A DNA stretch of 64,000 nt from Nitrospinales bacterium (GTDB taxonomy: Bacteria > Nitrospinota > Nitrospinia > Nitrospinales > VA-1), in assembly GCA_965262115.1 (NCBI GenBank), contig OZ253496.1, positions 544,001 to 608,000 on the forward strand, written 5' to 3'. The position numbers and the translations under genes were made by a program. Positions 9,627 to 19,608 of this stretch are shown here, in pieces. Position 1 is the stretch's first letter. Each line of letters opens with the position of its first letter. Under the pieces are notes generated by a model that did no database searches, had not been told where the DNA came from, and was given only the letters and a program-made list of their open reading frames with translations.

Positions 9627-12600
9627 TCAGGCAACCAGCACTTCATCTTTTCTTTTACGTTCTTCCAAAACCCGACGGTAATCGGTTGGATAAACTTTGA
9701 CAAATTTTGGCAGGGTCTCCTCCCACTCATCAAGCACCCTTTTGGCAACACTGCTTTGTGTGCTATGAAAGTGTTCCTCAATCAATGCCTTTAGTTGTTG
9801 AACATCTTCGGGTTCTTCAACGGGAAGCAGATCAACAATGCTTTGATTGCAATGGATGGGGAACGAATTATCCCGATCCAGAACATACGCCAGCCCCCCA
9901 CTCATTCCCGCGGCAAAGTTTCTACCTGTGGAACCTAGAACCACAACGACTCCTCCTGTCATGTACTCGCAGCCATGGTCCCCTACCCCTTCTATCACTG
10001 CCTGGGCTCCACTGTTGCGCACCGCAAACCGCTCTCCCCCAACTCCTCGGAAAAATGCTTTGCCGGAAACGGCACCGTAGAGAACTGTGTTTCCTATTAA
10101 AATATTTTCTTCCGGAACAAGGGTGGAGTCCTTTGGCGGATAAATAATTAATCTGCCGCCAGACAAACCTTTCCCGACATAGTCATTGGCATCGCCGGCA
10201 AGACCAAAGGTCACTCCCGGCGCAAGAAAAGCCCCGAAGCTCTGACCCGCAGAGCCCGTAAAACCGAATTGGATCGTATCGGCTGGCAGCCCTTCTTCCC
10301 CGTGCAATTTAGAAATACGATAACTGAGCATCGCCCCGGTAGCCCGGTCCGTGTTAAGAATTGGGAGATCGCCATAAATCTGGGTTTTCTTTTCAAGGGC
10401 TAGCTGGCTCATTTCTATCAGCTTATGGTCCAGTGCATTGTCCAGATCTCCACTCAAATCCTGTGTGCAGATATTTCTCAACGCCACCTTTTCATCAACC
10501 TCGGGCTTAAATAAAATTTTACTCACATCCAGTCCACTTGCTTTCCAGTGGCCGACCGCTTCTTCTCCTTCGAGCAGCTCTACTTTGCCAATCAGATCAT
10601 TGAATTTTCTAATACCTAATTGCGCCATGATTTCCCTGACTTCTTCCGCAATGAAGCGAAAGAAATTGACGACATATTCTGCCTTGGCGTCAAACTTTTT
10701 CCTGAGGTCCGGGTTTTGTGTGGCAATCCCCACCGAACAGGTATTGAGATGACATTTTCTCATCAAAATGCAACCCATAGTAATAAGGGCTGTGGTGGAG
10801 AACCCAAATTCATCCGCGCCAAGGATTCCGCCGATCACAACATCACGTCCTGTTTTGAGTTGCCCGTCCACCTGAACGCGGATGCGCCCTCTGAGATCGT
10901 TGAGTATAAGAATCTGCTGTGTTTCAGAGAGCCCCAGTTCCCAGGGAAGCCCAGCGTGTTTGATAGAGGTCTGAGGCGAAGCTCCGGTTCCACCATCGTG
11001 TCCGGCGATCAGTACTCCCTCCGCACGCGCTTTGGAAACTCCCGCCGCAATAGTACCCACCCCCGCTTCCGCAACCAATTTCACACTCACCCTGGCATCA
11101 GGGTTGGCATTATGAAGATCAAAAATCAATTGTTGCAGATCTTCTATGGAGTAAATATCATGGTGGGGCGGAGGAGAAATCAAAGCTACACCCGGAGTAG
11201 AACTCCGGATTTTAGAGATGTACTCGCTAACCTTATGCCCTGGCAATTGCCCTCCTTCACCGGGTTTTGCGCCCTGGGCAATCTTGATTTGCATTTCATC
11301 GGCATTGGCCAGGTAATAACTGTTCACCCCGAATCGTCCTGAGGCAACTTGCTTGATTTTACTGCGACGGTCATCCCCGTTCACATCCAAGGTATAACGG
11401 GCCGAATCCTCGCCGCCTTCACCGGTATTACTTTTACCACCCAGCCTGTTCATAGCAATCGCCAGTGTCTCATGGGCTTCGCGGGAAATCGAACCAATAG
11501 ACATGGCACCGGTACAAAAACGTTTGGTGATCTCTTCTACAGGCTCCACCTCTTCAATGGGTATCGGCGTGGTCTCTTTAAAATTAAAAAGTCCCCTTAA
11601 AGTACACTGTCGAGTGCTTTCTTTATCGGCATGCTGGGAAAACTTTTTGAAGGTCGCATAATCATTGGAACGGGTGGCGTGTTGCAACAAGCCGATAGCA
11701 TGCGGGTTGAGCATATGTTTTTCTTCACCGCGGCGCCAATGGTAATCACCACCAAGATCCAGTTGCGAGAAAAGTTCATTACTGTAAGCCCTTTTATGCC
11801 TTGCCAGAGCCTCCTTAGCCAGGACATCAAGATTCGCTCCGCTCACTCTGGAAGGGGTACCGGTAAAAAAACGTTCGATCACATCTTCGTTTAATCCAAC
11901 GGCTTCAAAAATCTGGGCACCACGGTAGCTCTGGATCGTGGAGATTCCCATTTTTGCAATGATTTTGAACAGACCCTTTCTTGTTGCCTTGATAAAGTTA
12001 TCGACCGCTTTGTCCATGTCCAGTTCTTCGACATACACCGCCTCGCTTGCCATCTGCGCTACCGTTTCATAAGCAAGATATGGATAAATAGCACCCGCAC
12101 CATAGCCAATCAACAGGGCGAAGTGCATCATCTCCCGAGCTTCACCTGTTTCTACAGCCAGCCCTACACGAGTACGAGTCCTCTCACGCAAAAGGTGATG
12201 GTGCACCCCGGCGGTAGCCAGAAGACTGGGCAAAGCAGCTTGATCAGCATCGATTCCTTTATCAGATAGAACTAGAATGGTGGCACCTTCTTCGATAGCT
12301 TGCGAAGCTTTCTGACATAACGCATCCAAAGCCCGTTCCATACCCTTTTCTCCTTCAGAGACAGGAAACAAGGTTGAAAGTACAACGGTTTTGAAATATT
12401 CCTTATCGAGTTTGCGGATTTTCTCCATTTCTATCCCAGTAAGAATGGGATGCTCGACTTTTAACTTGCGGCAATGTTCAGGACTCTCATCCAGAAGGTT
12501 TCGTTCTTTTCCAAGTGTCACTTCCATAGACATAACAAGTTCTTCTCGAATAGAATCGATAGCCGGATTGGTCACTTGTGCAAAGAGTTGTTTAAAATAA

Positions 12601-14147
12601 TAGAACAACAGTTGTGGCCTTTGCGACAAAATCGCAAGCGGTGTGTCGTTACCCATCGATCCGGTAGCTTCCTGTGAGATTCCAATCATGGGAGCCATGA
12701 TAAACTTGATATCCTCGACGGTATATCCAAACGCGGTCTGACGGGTCAAAAGGGAATCATAATCCGGCTCGAACTTGTAATCTGTCTCAGGCAAATCCTT
12801 GAGGTCAACCTGATTTTCTGCCACCCATTTTTTATAGGGTTTTTGCGTTGTGATTTTTGCTTTCAATTCTTCATCAGAAATGATGCGACCTTCATTAATG
12901 TCGATGAGAAACATTTTTCCTGGCTGCAACCTTCCTTTGTAAACAATATTGGCTTCATCCACCGGAAGGACCCCCACTTCCGAAGCCATGATGACCAGCC
13001 CGTCTTTGGTCACATAATAACGGGACGGCCGCAAGCCATTTCGGTCTAGCACCGCACCACAGGTTTCCCCATCGGTGAAAGCAATGGAGGCAGGACCATC
13101 CCAGGGTTCCATCATGGAAGCGTGAAATTCATAAAATCCGCGCTTGTCTTCGTTCATCGTCTCGTGTCCGCTCCACGGCTCGGGAATCATCATCATCATG
13201 GAATGGGCTAAAGACCGGCCGGTCAGGAACAACATCTCCAATGCCTGGTCAAAATCCGCCGAATCACTGCCACCCGGAGCAATGACAGGAAGGATCATAT
13301 TGATGTCTTTAAATAAAGGCGATCCAAACATCGACTCACGGGCACGCATCCAGTTCTGGTTTCCCCGAACCGTATTGATTTCTCCATTGTGTGCGATGTA
13401 ACGGAAAGGTTGAGATCGTCCCCAGGAGGGAAAGGTATTGGTACTGTATCGGGAATGGGCTAACGCCAAAGCTGAAGTCATATTTGGGTCTTTAAGATCC
13501 AGATAATAGGTCTCCAATTGCGGAGCCATCAGTTGTCCTTTGTAAATGAGGGTCTTGCTGGAAAGACTGCATGCGTAAAAGTTTTCGTTATTGTCATTGA
13601 GTCCGGCCCGACGCACTCCCCACGCAGTACGTTTGCGAACACAATAAAGCCTTCTCTCAAAAACCAACTGGTCTGACACATCCGCTCCCGCACCGACAAA
13701 AATCTGCTTGATCACCGGCTCGACAGAACGCGCCGTTTTCCCAATCGTTGTGTTGTCGGCCGGAACATCCCGCCAACCGAGAAGCTCAAGGCCTTCCATC
13801 ACAACCGCACGCTCCATGATTTCCTGGCCCTGTTTGGTATCCTCGCCGGTAGGAAGAAAAATATTACCCACTGCATAACGCCCCGCCTCGGGCAGCTTGA
13901 TCGCTGCTTTTTCACATTGTTCCTGAAAAAACTTGTGGGGAATCTGGATGAGAATCCCAGCACCGTCTCCCGTAGCCGAATCAGAACCGCAGGCCCCGCG
14001 ATGTTCCAGTTTTTTGAGGATTCCCAGTCCCTGGGTAATGATTTCATGGGACTTCTCCCCCTTCATATTCATGACAAACCCCACCCCACAACTGTCTTTT
14101 TCTAAGGCGGGATCACAGAGACCCTGTTTTTTTGGAAAAGCGTACAT
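9627..14147 (-). CDS. gltB: Glutamate synthase large subunit
   Basis: DSCGVGF N-terminal Cys, HSRYSTNT, EPWDGPA, QGAKPGEGGQLPG, CILMRKCHLNTC. Confidence 0.98.
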   Translation of the reverse strand: MYAFPKKQGLCDPALEKDSCGVGFVMNMKGEKSHEIITQGLGILKKLEHRGACGSDSATGDGAGILIQIPHKFFQEQCEKAAIKLPEAGRYAVGNIFLPTGEDTKQGQEIMERAVVMEGLELLGWRDVPADNTTIGKTARSVEPVIKQIFVGAGADVSDQLVFERRLYCVRKRTAWGVRRAGLNDNNENFYACSLSSKTLIYKGQLMAPQLETYYLDLKDPNMTSALALAHSRYSTNTFPSWGRSQPFRYIAHNGEINTVRGNQNWMRARESMFGSPLFKDINMILPVIAPGGSDSADFDQALEMLFLTGRSLAHSMMMMIPEPWSGHETMNEDKRGFYEFHASMMEPWDGPASIAFTDGETCGAVLDRNGLRPSRYYVTKDGLVIMASEVGVLPVDEANIVYKGRLQPGKMFLIDINEGRIISDEELKAKITTQKPYKKWVAENQVDLKDLPETDYKFEPDYDSLLTRQTAFGYTVEDIKFIMAPMIGISQEATGSMGNDTPLAILSQRPQLLFYYFKQLFAQVTNPAIDSIREELVMSMEVTLGKERNLLDESPEHCRKLKVEHPILTGIEMEKIRKLDKEYFKTVVLSTLFPVSEGEKGMERALDALCQKASQAIEEGATILVLSDKGIDADQAALPSLLATAGVHHHLLRERTRTRVGLAVETGEAREMMHFALLIGYGAGAIYPYLAYETVAQMASEAVYVEELDMDKAVDNFIKATRKGLFKIIAKMGISTIQSYRGAQIFEAVGLNEDVIERFFTGTPSRVSGANLDVLAKEALARHKRAYSNELFSQLDLGGDYHWRRGEEKHMLNPHAIGLLQHATRSNDYATFKKFSQHADKESTRQCTLRGLFNFKETTPIPIEEVEPVEEITKRFCTGAMSIGSISREAHETLAIAMNRLGGKSNTGEGGEDSARYTLDVNGDDRRSKIKQVASGRFGVNSYYLANADEMQIKIAQGAKPGEGGQLPGHKVSEYISKIRSSTPGVALISPPPHHDIYSIEDLQQLIFDLHNANPDARVSVKLVAEAGVGTIAAGVSKARAEGVLIAGHDGGTGASPQTSIKHAGLPWELGLSETQQILILNDLRGRIRVQVDGQLKTGRDVVIGGILGADEFGFSTTALITMGCILMRKCHLNTCSVGIATQNPDLRKKFDAKAEYVVNFFRFIAEEVREIMAQLGIRKFNDLIGKVELLEGEEAVGHWKASGLDVSKILFKPEVDEKVALRNICTQDLSGDLDNALDHKLIEMSQLALEKKTQIYGDLPILNTDRATGAMLSYRISKLHGEEGLPADTIQFGFTGSAGQSFGAFLAPGVTFGLAGDANDYVGKGLSGGRLIIYPPKDSTLVPEENILIGNTVLYGAVSGKAFFRGVGGERFAVRNSGAQAVIEGVGDHGCEYMTGGVVVVLGSTGRNFAAGMSGGLAYVLDRDNSFPIHCNQSIVDLLPVEEPEDVQQLKALIEEHFHSTQSSVAKRVLDEWEETLPKFVKVYPTDYRRVLEERKRKDEVLVA

Positions 14148-14236
14148 ATTCTATTTAACTCATTGAATTTAAAAAATGTTTAATTCCCCCCAAACATCGA
14201 AAATTCAAAGATTTTCAATGAGGAATGGGTATAAAG

Positions 14237-14253
14237 AGCAAGAGTCGTGCCTG
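14237..14253 (-). promoter_or_regulatory. Sigma54 (-24/-12) promoter for gltBD
   Basis: Minus strand CAGGCACGACTCTTGCT matches TGGCACG-N4-TTGC with exact GG-N10-GC spacing, about 90 bp upstream of gltB. Confidence 0.75.
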
Positions 14254-14741
14254 AGGAAACCCCTTGATATTAAGAGGTTTAAAAGAAATATCCCAAAATT
14301 AGAGTAATTAATATACACAATTAAGCGTATATTTTATATAACTGTTGTAAAATTTTTTGTTTGTGGTGTAAAGTCTTAAGCTTTTACTACCCGGCACCCA
14401 AACCTCAGAGGATTTTTCACCGCCATTATAATTATAATTGAAAACTCCGATAAAGTGGCGGATTTCCTTCATACTGGCCGTAAAAGGAGGGTTCAGGCCT
14501 TTTTCGATCCGCAGAAATCGCAGTTTAATTAACTGTTTTCATTTCTCAAATTGGCGTTATAATGAGCAAGTTTCCTTTTTCCACCCGGATCACAAAGTAC
14601 CCTTTTTAAGCCGTGTTAAGGTAACCTTCCCCGGGTTGGAATTTTTGATTCCTTTAAATTTTAAGAACGGAAGCACCGTTTTCCTTCATATATATACTGG
14701 CAAATCGTTGTTTATTTTTTATCTATTGAATTGGGGCCGCA

Positions 14742-15381
14742 ATGATCGTTGATGAAATAATGACCCGCAAGGTCATCACCATTAAATCCAGGGACACCCT
14801 TTATTAAGGCGCAGGAATTGATGGTTAAGAATTCCATCCGCCATTTACCGGTCACCCAAAAAAAAGAACTTGAAGGGATCATCACGGAAAGCGATATTCG
14901 CGGAGCTTTCATTCAAAATAATATAGATTCATCAAGGGTAACAATTCTCGACCCGAAGGAAATGAAAGTTGAGGATTTCATGACCCGGAATCCTCAAACT
15001 GTAGGACCGGACACCAATGTAGAAGATGCGGCCCTCTTGATTTACAAAAATAAGATTGGGTCACTTCCGGTTTTAGATGGCGATAAGTTGGTGGGCATCA
15101 TCTCCATTCTCGATATGTTGGGATTGTTCATAGATTTAATGGGCATTATCCATTCAAGTTCCAGAGTGGATGTCATCATGGACAAGGGTCCCAAAAACTT
15201 TGAATCTGTTTCAAAAATCATCCACGACCAGGGTTTAAACATCATCAGTGTTGGTATGGCCCCCTATGCCAAAAATAAAAAGAAACAGGTCTATTTCTTT
15301 CGACTGGACCTATGCGAGACAGCCCCCCTGGTCAAAAAGATCGAAAAGACCGGGTTCAAGGTACTAAACGCCATCGACTGA
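14742..15381 (+). pseudogene. CBS-domain/ACT (AcuB-like) protein, frameshifted near 14804
   Basis: ATG at 14742 gives MIVDEIMTRKVITIKSRDTLY-TAA. Deleting one T joins it to KAQELMVKNSIRHLPV... Confidence 0.75.
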
Positions 15382-15446
15382 GGTGCTCGCCGCAGGGACA
15401 ACTAGCAAGAACTCCTCGAACTAAAACCAGCTCTTTGCTCCCCAGA

Positions 15447-15525
15447 CGCGATATTTTTCTCAAGCCTTTACCCTTGCAGGGCATGAAGGTAAATGAAGAA
15501 ATATCACACGTGCCCCGGAGGGGTA
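15447..15525 (+). mobile_element. Mini-element (copy E-out) containing a nested inverted copy (E-in, 15469-15508)
   Basis: CGCGATATTTTTCTCAAGCCTT[inner copy on minus strand: TGTGATATTTCTTCATTTACCTTCATGCCCTGCAAGGGTA]CGTGCCCCGGAGGGGTA. Confidence 0.8.
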
Positions 15526-15570
15526 AATAGTTTTTGCTCGCTAGCCCCACTAGTAATCTCCGCAGAAGCA

Positions 15571-15644
15571 GGCAAGAGCCACTTAAGCCGAGATAATATT
15601 TTTTAACCAGAGCAAGTTATTGCTCAATAGCCCCACGCTTAGTG
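15571..15644 (+). repeat. Degenerate ~75-85 bp intergenic repeat; a further decayed tandem copy spans about 15400-15555
   Basis: GGCAAG..AAGCCGAG..TTGCT..CCACGC.TAGTG shared with 4903-4976. Confidence 0.6.
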
Positions 15645-15666
15645 GGTGAAAGGAAATTTTTCAGCC

Positions 15667-17229
15667 ATGCAACCCGAAAAACTCATTATCTTCGACACCA
15701 CGTTGAGAGACGGAGAGCAATGCCCCGGCGCCAGCTTGAATATCAAGGAAAAACTTGAGATCGCGCGGCAACTGGCTCTGCTCAATGTGGATGTGATCGA
15801 AGCGGGTTTTCCGGTTGCTTCTCCAGGGGACTTCGAATCGGTCAAACAGATTGCGGAAGAAATCCGCGGCTCAATAATCGCCGGACTTTCACGCGCGTTG
15901 GAAAAGGACATCGAAGCAACGTCTCGTGCTTTGGAAAAAGCCGAATCACCGCGCATTCATATATTTTTGTCCACATCCAAGTTACATCGAGAACATATGG
16001 TCGAGAAAGCCAAGGAAGAAATAGTCGAAATGGGAGTGAAAGCTATTCAATTCGCACGCAAATATTGCGACGATGTGGAGTTCTCCCCCATGGACGCAAC
16101 CCGCACAGAAAAGGATTTTCTCGCCGAGGTCACCCAAGAGGTGATCGGCGCCGGGGCCACAACAGTCAATATTCCTGACACTGTGGGATACACCGTTCCA
16201 GAAGAGTTCGCCGAACTCATCCGGTACTTGAAGACGAATGTTTCCAATATTGACCAGGCGGTCATCAGCGTGCATTGCCATAACGACCTCGGGCTCGCGG
16301 TTTCCAATTCCCTTTCTGCGGTGCAAGCCGGAGCACGGCAGGTCGAGTGCACCATCAACGGCATTGGTGAACGAGCCGGAAACGCCGCCATGGAAGAAGT
16401 GGTCATGGCTATTAGAACCCGAAAGGATTTTTTTCACAACGTGTACACGGGAATCGAGACCAAACATATCCAGGCATGCAGCAAGCTGGTAAGCAGCTTG
16501 ACCGGGTTCTTCGTGCAACGCAATAAAGCCATCGTAGGAAAAAATGCTTTCGCACATGAGTCTGGCATCCATCAGCATGGGTTTCTCAAGCGCAAAGACA
16601 CTTTTGAGATTATGGACCCTAAGGATATCGGCGGTGACGAGTCAGAACTGGTGATGGGCAAACATTCTGGGCGAAGCGCACTCCTTCATAAGGTTCAGGA
16701 GTTGGGATACCACCTGGAACAGGATGAACTGGACAAGGTGTTCCAGGAGTTCAAAATTCTTGCGGATAAAAAAAAGGATATCTTCGAAGACGATATCCAC
16801 ACACTCTGCCAGAAACAGAAGTTTTCCGAGGACCAGCAGAACACCTACAAGTTAGGTTCTCTGCAATGCGGTTTTGAAACTGGGAAAATTCCCCATGCGA
16901 CTGTAGTCCTGGTTAGCCGTGATGGCAATGAACATTCTTCCAGCGCCAGCGGCGATGGCCCGGTGGACGCGATTTATAACGCCATCGATAAGATCACCGG
17001 CCTCAGATGCAAGCTTATCGATTACCAGGTGATGGCTAAAACCAAAGGACAGGATGCCCAGGGTGAAGTCACCGTTCGTGTTCAACATGAAAAGAGGGAA
17101 GTATTAGGGAAAGGCTCTGGAGTCAACACTATAGAAGCCAGCGGATTTGCGTATATCAACGCGATCAACAAACTTTTATTAAAGTCAAAGTCCGGCCCGG
17201 TTGAAGGCAGCGAACTACCAGGACCGTAA
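15667..17229 (+). CDS. leuA: 2-isopropylmalate synthase
   Basis: FDTTLRDGEQ, HCHNDLG, GIGERAGNA, AHESGIHQ, C-terminal regulatory domain (GDGPVDA). Confidence 0.93.
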   Translation: MQPEKLIIFDTTLRDGEQCPGASLNIKEKLEIARQLALLNVDVIEAGFPVASPGDFESVKQIAEEIRGSIIAGLSRALEKDIEATSRALEKAESPRIHIFLSTSKLHREHMVEKAKEEIVEMGVKAIQFARKYCDDVEFSPMDATRTEKDFLAEVTQEVIGAGATTVNIPDTVGYTVPEEFAELIRYLKTNVSNIDQAVISVHCHNDLGLAVSNSLSAVQAGARQVECTINGIGERAGNAAMEEVVMAIRTRKDFFHNVYTGIETKHIQACSKLVSSLTGFFVQRNKAIVGKNAFAHESGIHQHGFLKRKDTFEIMDPKDIGGDESELVMGKHSGRSALLHKVQELGYHLEQDELDKVFQEFKILADKKKDIFEDDIHTLCQKQKFSEDQQNTYKLGSLQCGFETGKIPHATVVLVSRDGNEHSSSASGDGPVDAIYNAIDKITGLRCKLIDYQVMAKTKGQDAQGEVTVRVQHEKREVLGKGSGVNTIEASGFAYINAINKLLLKSKSGPVEGSELPGP

Positions 17230-17237
17230 TCAGCCAT

Positions 17238-17272
17238 AGTCCCCTTCCAGTTTTCCGGAGGGGATTTTCTTT
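17238..17272 (+). terminator. Putative intrinsic terminator after leuA
   Basis: AGTCCCCTTCC...GGAGGGGATT stem followed by TTCTTT. Confidence 0.55.
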
Positions 17273-17297
17273 TAAAAATTTTTGACTAGAGGATGCC

Positions 17298-18023
17298 ATC
17301 TCCAAGCGGGACACATTATTCAATCGGGATACTGCCAGCGAGCCTTTCGAGTTTGATGAGTCAGTGGCAAATGTATTCGAAGATATGCTGGAACGAAGTG
17401 TGCCGATGTATCAGGAATGTCAGTCGTTGGCGGTGCACTGGTGTGCCCAATTTGCCAAGGCAAACACTTCCGTCTACGACCTGGGTTGTTCCACCGGCAC
17501 CCTGCTTCTTAAACTGGCCCAAGCGATAGACAAAAATAAGAGGATCTCTTTGTATGGCGTCGACAACTCTTCAGCCATGTTGGAAAAGTCCAGCAAAACT
17601 CTGAGAGAATCACCGATCCCCTGCGAACTCTTTAAGGCAGACTTAAATCAGGGACTTTCCATCCAAAATGCGTCTGTGGTGGTGATGAACTATACCCTGC
17701 AGTTTGTCGTACCGGAACGCAGAATTCCCTTGTTAAAAAATATCTTTGAGGGTCTGGTTCCCGGAGGGTCCCTCGTCCTCATTGAAAAAATTAAAAGCGG
17801 CATTCCGGAGTTGGACCGGGCATTCATCGATTTTCACCATCAGTTTAAGCGGGACCGCGGGTATTCCAACTTGGAGATTTCCAGAAAACGCGAAGCTCTG
17901 GAAAATGTGCTTATCCCTTGGACCGTAGAGGAAAACCGATATCTCATCAAAAAGGCCGGCTTCCCGACGGTGGATCTGTTTTTCAAATGGAACAACTTTG
18001 CTGGGTTTATTGCTTTGAATTAG
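17298..18023 (+). CDS. cmoA: Carboxy-S-adenosyl-L-methionine synthase (start codon anomalous)
   Basis: In-frame SKRDTLF..FEFDESVANVFEDMLERSVPMY, YDLGCSTG, NYTLQFV, EISRKREALENVL. No ATG is in frame before the conserved N-terminus. Confidence 0.85.
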   Translation: MSKRDTLFNRDTASEPFEFDESVANVFEDMLERSVPMYQECQSLAVHWCAQFAKANTSVYDLGCSTGTLLLKLAQAIDKNKRISLYGVDNSSAMLEKSSKTLRESPIPCELFKADLNQGLSIQNASVVVMNYTLQFVVPERRIPLLKNIFEGLVPGGSLVLIEKIKSGIPELDRAFIDFHHQFKRDRGYSNLEISRKREALENVLIPWTVEENRYLIKKAGFPTVDLFFKWNNFAGFIALN

Positions 18024-18100
18024 AAACTATTGTATTCTTAGTAGCTTCATGAGAAACACCCATGTTTTTATGAAGTTTAGATGAATTGGAGAACTCGGTC

Positions 18101-18295
18101 ATGCCCCATTACGATCATACCTGCGAAAAATGTAAAAAAGATTTCGTGATCGAAATGAAGATGTCAGAAGTGGATAAAAAAAAGGTGTCTTGCCCTGAAT
18201 GTGGGTCTAAAAAAGTTTCGCGCAACGTGACCAACAACACATTTTGGAGCGAAAGCATAGACCGGTATAATTATTTAAAAACCAATAACGATTAA
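18101..18295 (+). CDS. FmdB-family zinc-ribbon protein
   Basis: MPHYDHTCEKC...CPECGS; GGAGA SD. Confidence 0.8.
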   Translation: MPHYDHTCEKCKKDFVIEMKMSEVDKKKVSCPECGSKKVSRNVTNNTFWSESIDRYNYLKTNND

Positions 18296-18316
18296 TTCCT
18301 GCGATATAACTAAATC

Positions 18317-19447
18317 ATGCTGACTCAGGTTCAACCCGGTACCCAAAAATTTCCCGGCCGCTTTGGCGACCTGGTCCAGTTTCCCCTGCAACGTATTCAT
18401 ATTGAGTTGACCAACGTCTGCAACTTTGACTGCACCTTTTGCCCCAAGCAGGAAATGACCCGCCATTATGAATATATGGAATTTGAAAGGGTCTGCGGAA
18501 TCATTGACGAGATCGCCGAATACAATATGGCGGAAAAAATCACCTTCCATGTGATGGGCGAACCATTCATGCACCCCCGCTTTTTCGAAATTCTTGAGTA
18601 TGCGGCGCAGTTAGGCGTGAAGACCGGCATCACCACCAATGGGACTTATCTCGATGACGAGATGGCCATCAAGCTGGAAAAAGTTACCGCCTCTCAAGTG
18701 AACATCTCCCTGCAAACTCCTGACGAGGAATCCTTTAAAACCCGGAAGTCCAGGCGGATGAAATTCGATGAATATCACAACCGCATTTTGCAATTCATTG
18801 AAGGCTGCCTGAAACAAGAAAAGCCCCCTAAGATAAAAGTCCACTTTTTGAACACATCGATCAAAACCGAAGTACCCGGTGACGACTGGACAGTGGGAAC
18901 GATGAGTGTCATCAACAACACCAAAGAATTACGAAAAACTTTTCGATATTGGGCCCGAGAGGTTCATAATATCTGTCCGCCCCTCAGCGAAGAACAGAAA
19001 GCCGCAGTGGAAAAGAAGATAGACAAACTCTCCTCCTTTAAATGGAACGTGGTGGAAGTGGCGCCAAATATTTTTTTTGAGACCTACATTCTCAATACAT
19101 GGGGTAACGCGTTTACCGAAGGTAGCCAGGTGGTCCCCTCCAAAACTGGTTATTGCAGTGCGCTGAGCGACCACTTTGCCATTCTGGTTAGCGGCGATTT
19201 GACATACTGCTGCGTCGACTTTGACGGAAAGACAGCAGCCGGGAACGTGTTCGAAAATTCGATCACACAAATCATGAACACCCAGCCGGTCATTGACGCG
19301 GTGGAAGGATTTCAAAAAAATAAAGTAGTCCACCCTCACTGCCAAAAATGTTTGGGAGGGAGCACCTGGTTTAAGTCGGTGCTGAATCGAGCAGGTTCAA
19401 TCATTATTTGGAAATACCTCAAAAAATTCTTTTACAAAACAAGCTAA
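18317..19447 (+). CDS. Radical SAM protein with SPASM/Twitch-type C-terminus
   Basis: CNFDCTFC motif, GEP, and C-terminal C..CCVDF..GN....CQKC. Confidence 0.85.
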   Translation: MLTQVQPGTQKFPGRFGDLVQFPLQRIHIELTNVCNFDCTFCPKQEMTRHYEYMEFERVCGIIDEIAEYNMAEKITFHVMGEPFMHPRFFEILEYAAQLGVKTGITTNGTYLDDEMAIKLEKVTASQVNISLQTPDEESFKTRKSRRMKFDEYHNRILQFIEGCLKQEKPPKIKVHFLNTSIKTEVPGDDWTVGTMSVINNTKELRKTFRYWAREVHNICPPLSEEQKAAVEKKIDKLSSFKWNVVEVAPNIFFETYILNTWGNAFTEGSQVVPSKTGYCSALSDHFAILVSGDLTYCCVDFDGKTAAGNVFENSITQIMNTQPVIDAVEGFQKNKVVHPHCQKCLGGSTWFKSVLNRAGSIIIWKYLKKFFYKTS

Positions 19448-19453
19448 AACAGT

Positions 19454-19530
19454 CGGGATGTAGCGCAGCCTGGTAGCGCACCTGCTTCGGGAGTAGGGGG
19501 TCGGAAGTTCAAATCTTCTCATCCCGACCA
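19454..19530 (+). tRNA. tRNA-Pro (anticodon CGG)
   Basis: CGGGATG acceptor stem pairs with CATCCCG. Anticodon arm CCTGC-TTCGGGA-GTAGG, T-loop TTCAAAT, encoded CCA, 77 nt. Confidence 0.96.
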
Positions 19531-19608
19531 GTTTTCTTTTCCTTCCTGATCCACTCACTCTTAAATTAAGAATTATTTTTTCCAACTCATTTATAAATTT
19601 AATCCCTA

